The notes beneath the pieces were generated by a model. That model saw only the letters and a list, made by a program, of their open reading frames with translations, did no database searches and was not told the DNA's origin. From NCBI RefSeq assembly GCF_963921235.1, contig NC_086108.1, positions 56,236,001 to 56,300,000 on the forward strand: a stretch of DNA of 64,000 nucleotides. Reading direction: 5' to 3'. Of this stretch, positions 62,996 through 64,000 are shown one piece after another (the first letter of the stretch is position 1; each line of letters begins with the position of its first letter). The DNA comes from Mobula hypostoma. Lineage: Eukaryota. Position numbers and translations under genes: made by a program.

Positions 62996-64000
62996 TAGAA
63001 ACATAGAAAACCTACAACACAATACAGGCCCTTTAGCCCACAATGCTGTGCTGGACATGTACTTACTTTAGAAATTACCTAGGGTTAGGCATAGCCCTCT
63101 ATTTTTCTAAGCTCCATGTACCTATCCAGGAGTCTCTTAAAAGACCCTATTGTATCTGCCTCCACCACCATCACTGGCAGCCCATTCCACGCACTCAACA
63201 CTCTCTACTTCACCTGTACCTACTTCCAAGCACCGTAAAACTGTGCCCTCTCATGGTATCCATTTCAGCCCTAGGGAAAAGCCTCTGACTATCCACATGA
63301 TCAATGCCTCTCATCATCTTATACACCTCTATCAGGTCACCACTCATCCTCCGCTGCTCCAAGGAGAAAAGGCCGAGTTCACTCAACCTATTCTCGTAAG
63401 GCATGCTCCCCAATCCAGGCAACATCATTGTAAATCTCCTCTGCACCCTTTCTATAGTTTCCACAGTCTTCCTGCAGTTTAATACAGGATCGACCTTATT
63501 GAATCTTCGTTCAGAAATAGTGGCCTGCATCTGAGATAACTACTGTAAGATCAGGAAGACTTGTGCAGTGTTCATTCACCAGGGAAAAGGTCAGTTCCTT
63601 TAAGCCATTTTATTTCCTTCGTCATGAATCCTTTGGACAGAATCAGCAGTAACATCATGTCTTCAAAGAAATCCATTTCCAGAGAAGTCTCTCCTTATTG
63701 ACCGTGTAAATCACTTGGACTTTCGAATTTACCATTTTAAGACTGTGTTCAAATTTACCACTTTAGGACTGTGTTTGAATTTACCACTTTAAGAACTGTT
63801 CCAGAGTTGCTGTATAGCAGTTAACCTCCGGTTAAGTTAGTCATTTAAATACTTTCACTATTGTTGAGCAGAGTTTAATAAATGTTTTTGTTTGTTTCTA
63901 AAACTTGACTCAATTATGTATTCATTGTTGCTGGACACGTGACGAAATCTACTGCTCTACCTTCATCAATGTGTTTAGTCACATCCTCAAAAAATTCAAT
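62996..64000 (-). mobile_element. CR1 3' fragment (62996-63478, resuming 63946-64000)
   Basis: ORF 63210..63530; closely similar to 53313-53820 and 54463-54515. Confidence 0.9.
63479..63945 (+). mobile_element. Partial LTR-like element
   Basis: Three ~26-bp tandem repeats (aatttaccactttaagactgtgttc, ~63726-63801), AATAAA 63877-63882, and terminus ..ggacacgtgacg. Confidence 0.5.

Overview
Eukaryotic, intron-rich and transposon-dense vertebrate DNA. The repeat content (CR1/HER1-type LINEs, HE1-like and other tRNA-derived SINEs, Rex1/Babar-like LINEs, Penelope-like elements, Tc1/pogo/hAT remnants) suggests a cartilaginous fish, probably a ray (inference). Three host genes were found by manual splicing, mostly invisible in the ORF track. 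(1) The last coding exon of SGIP1 (+, 2492-2514, GKYMADN*), preceded by a 30-bp intronic minisatellite. (2) A complete 4-coding-exon DYNLT5/TCTEX1D1 (+, 17118-51553, 177 aa) with an RFX/ETS/CCAAT promoter near 13.8-14.2 kb. (3) A complete 2-exon relaxin-family prepro-hormone, INSL5 by position (-, 61941-61085, 133 aa). This is the SGIP1-DYNLT5-INSL5 order known from human 1p31. Most long ORFs in the track are decayed retrotransposon RT/endonuclease fragments. The most notable structures are a ~1.2-kb-arm fold-back palindrome with a 55-bp spacer in the last DYNLT5 intron, hammerhead-ribozyme-like motifs in Penelope-derived inserts (one only 133 bp with a 14-bp TSD), a solo-LTR-like element flanked by a 134-bp direct duplication, an INSL5 retaining the RxxxRxxV relaxin cassette with extra dibasic sites, and a candidate divergent promoter/micro first exon just upstream of INSL5. 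All coordinates were read by eye; repeat boundaries are approximate and family names were recognised from motifs, not searched.
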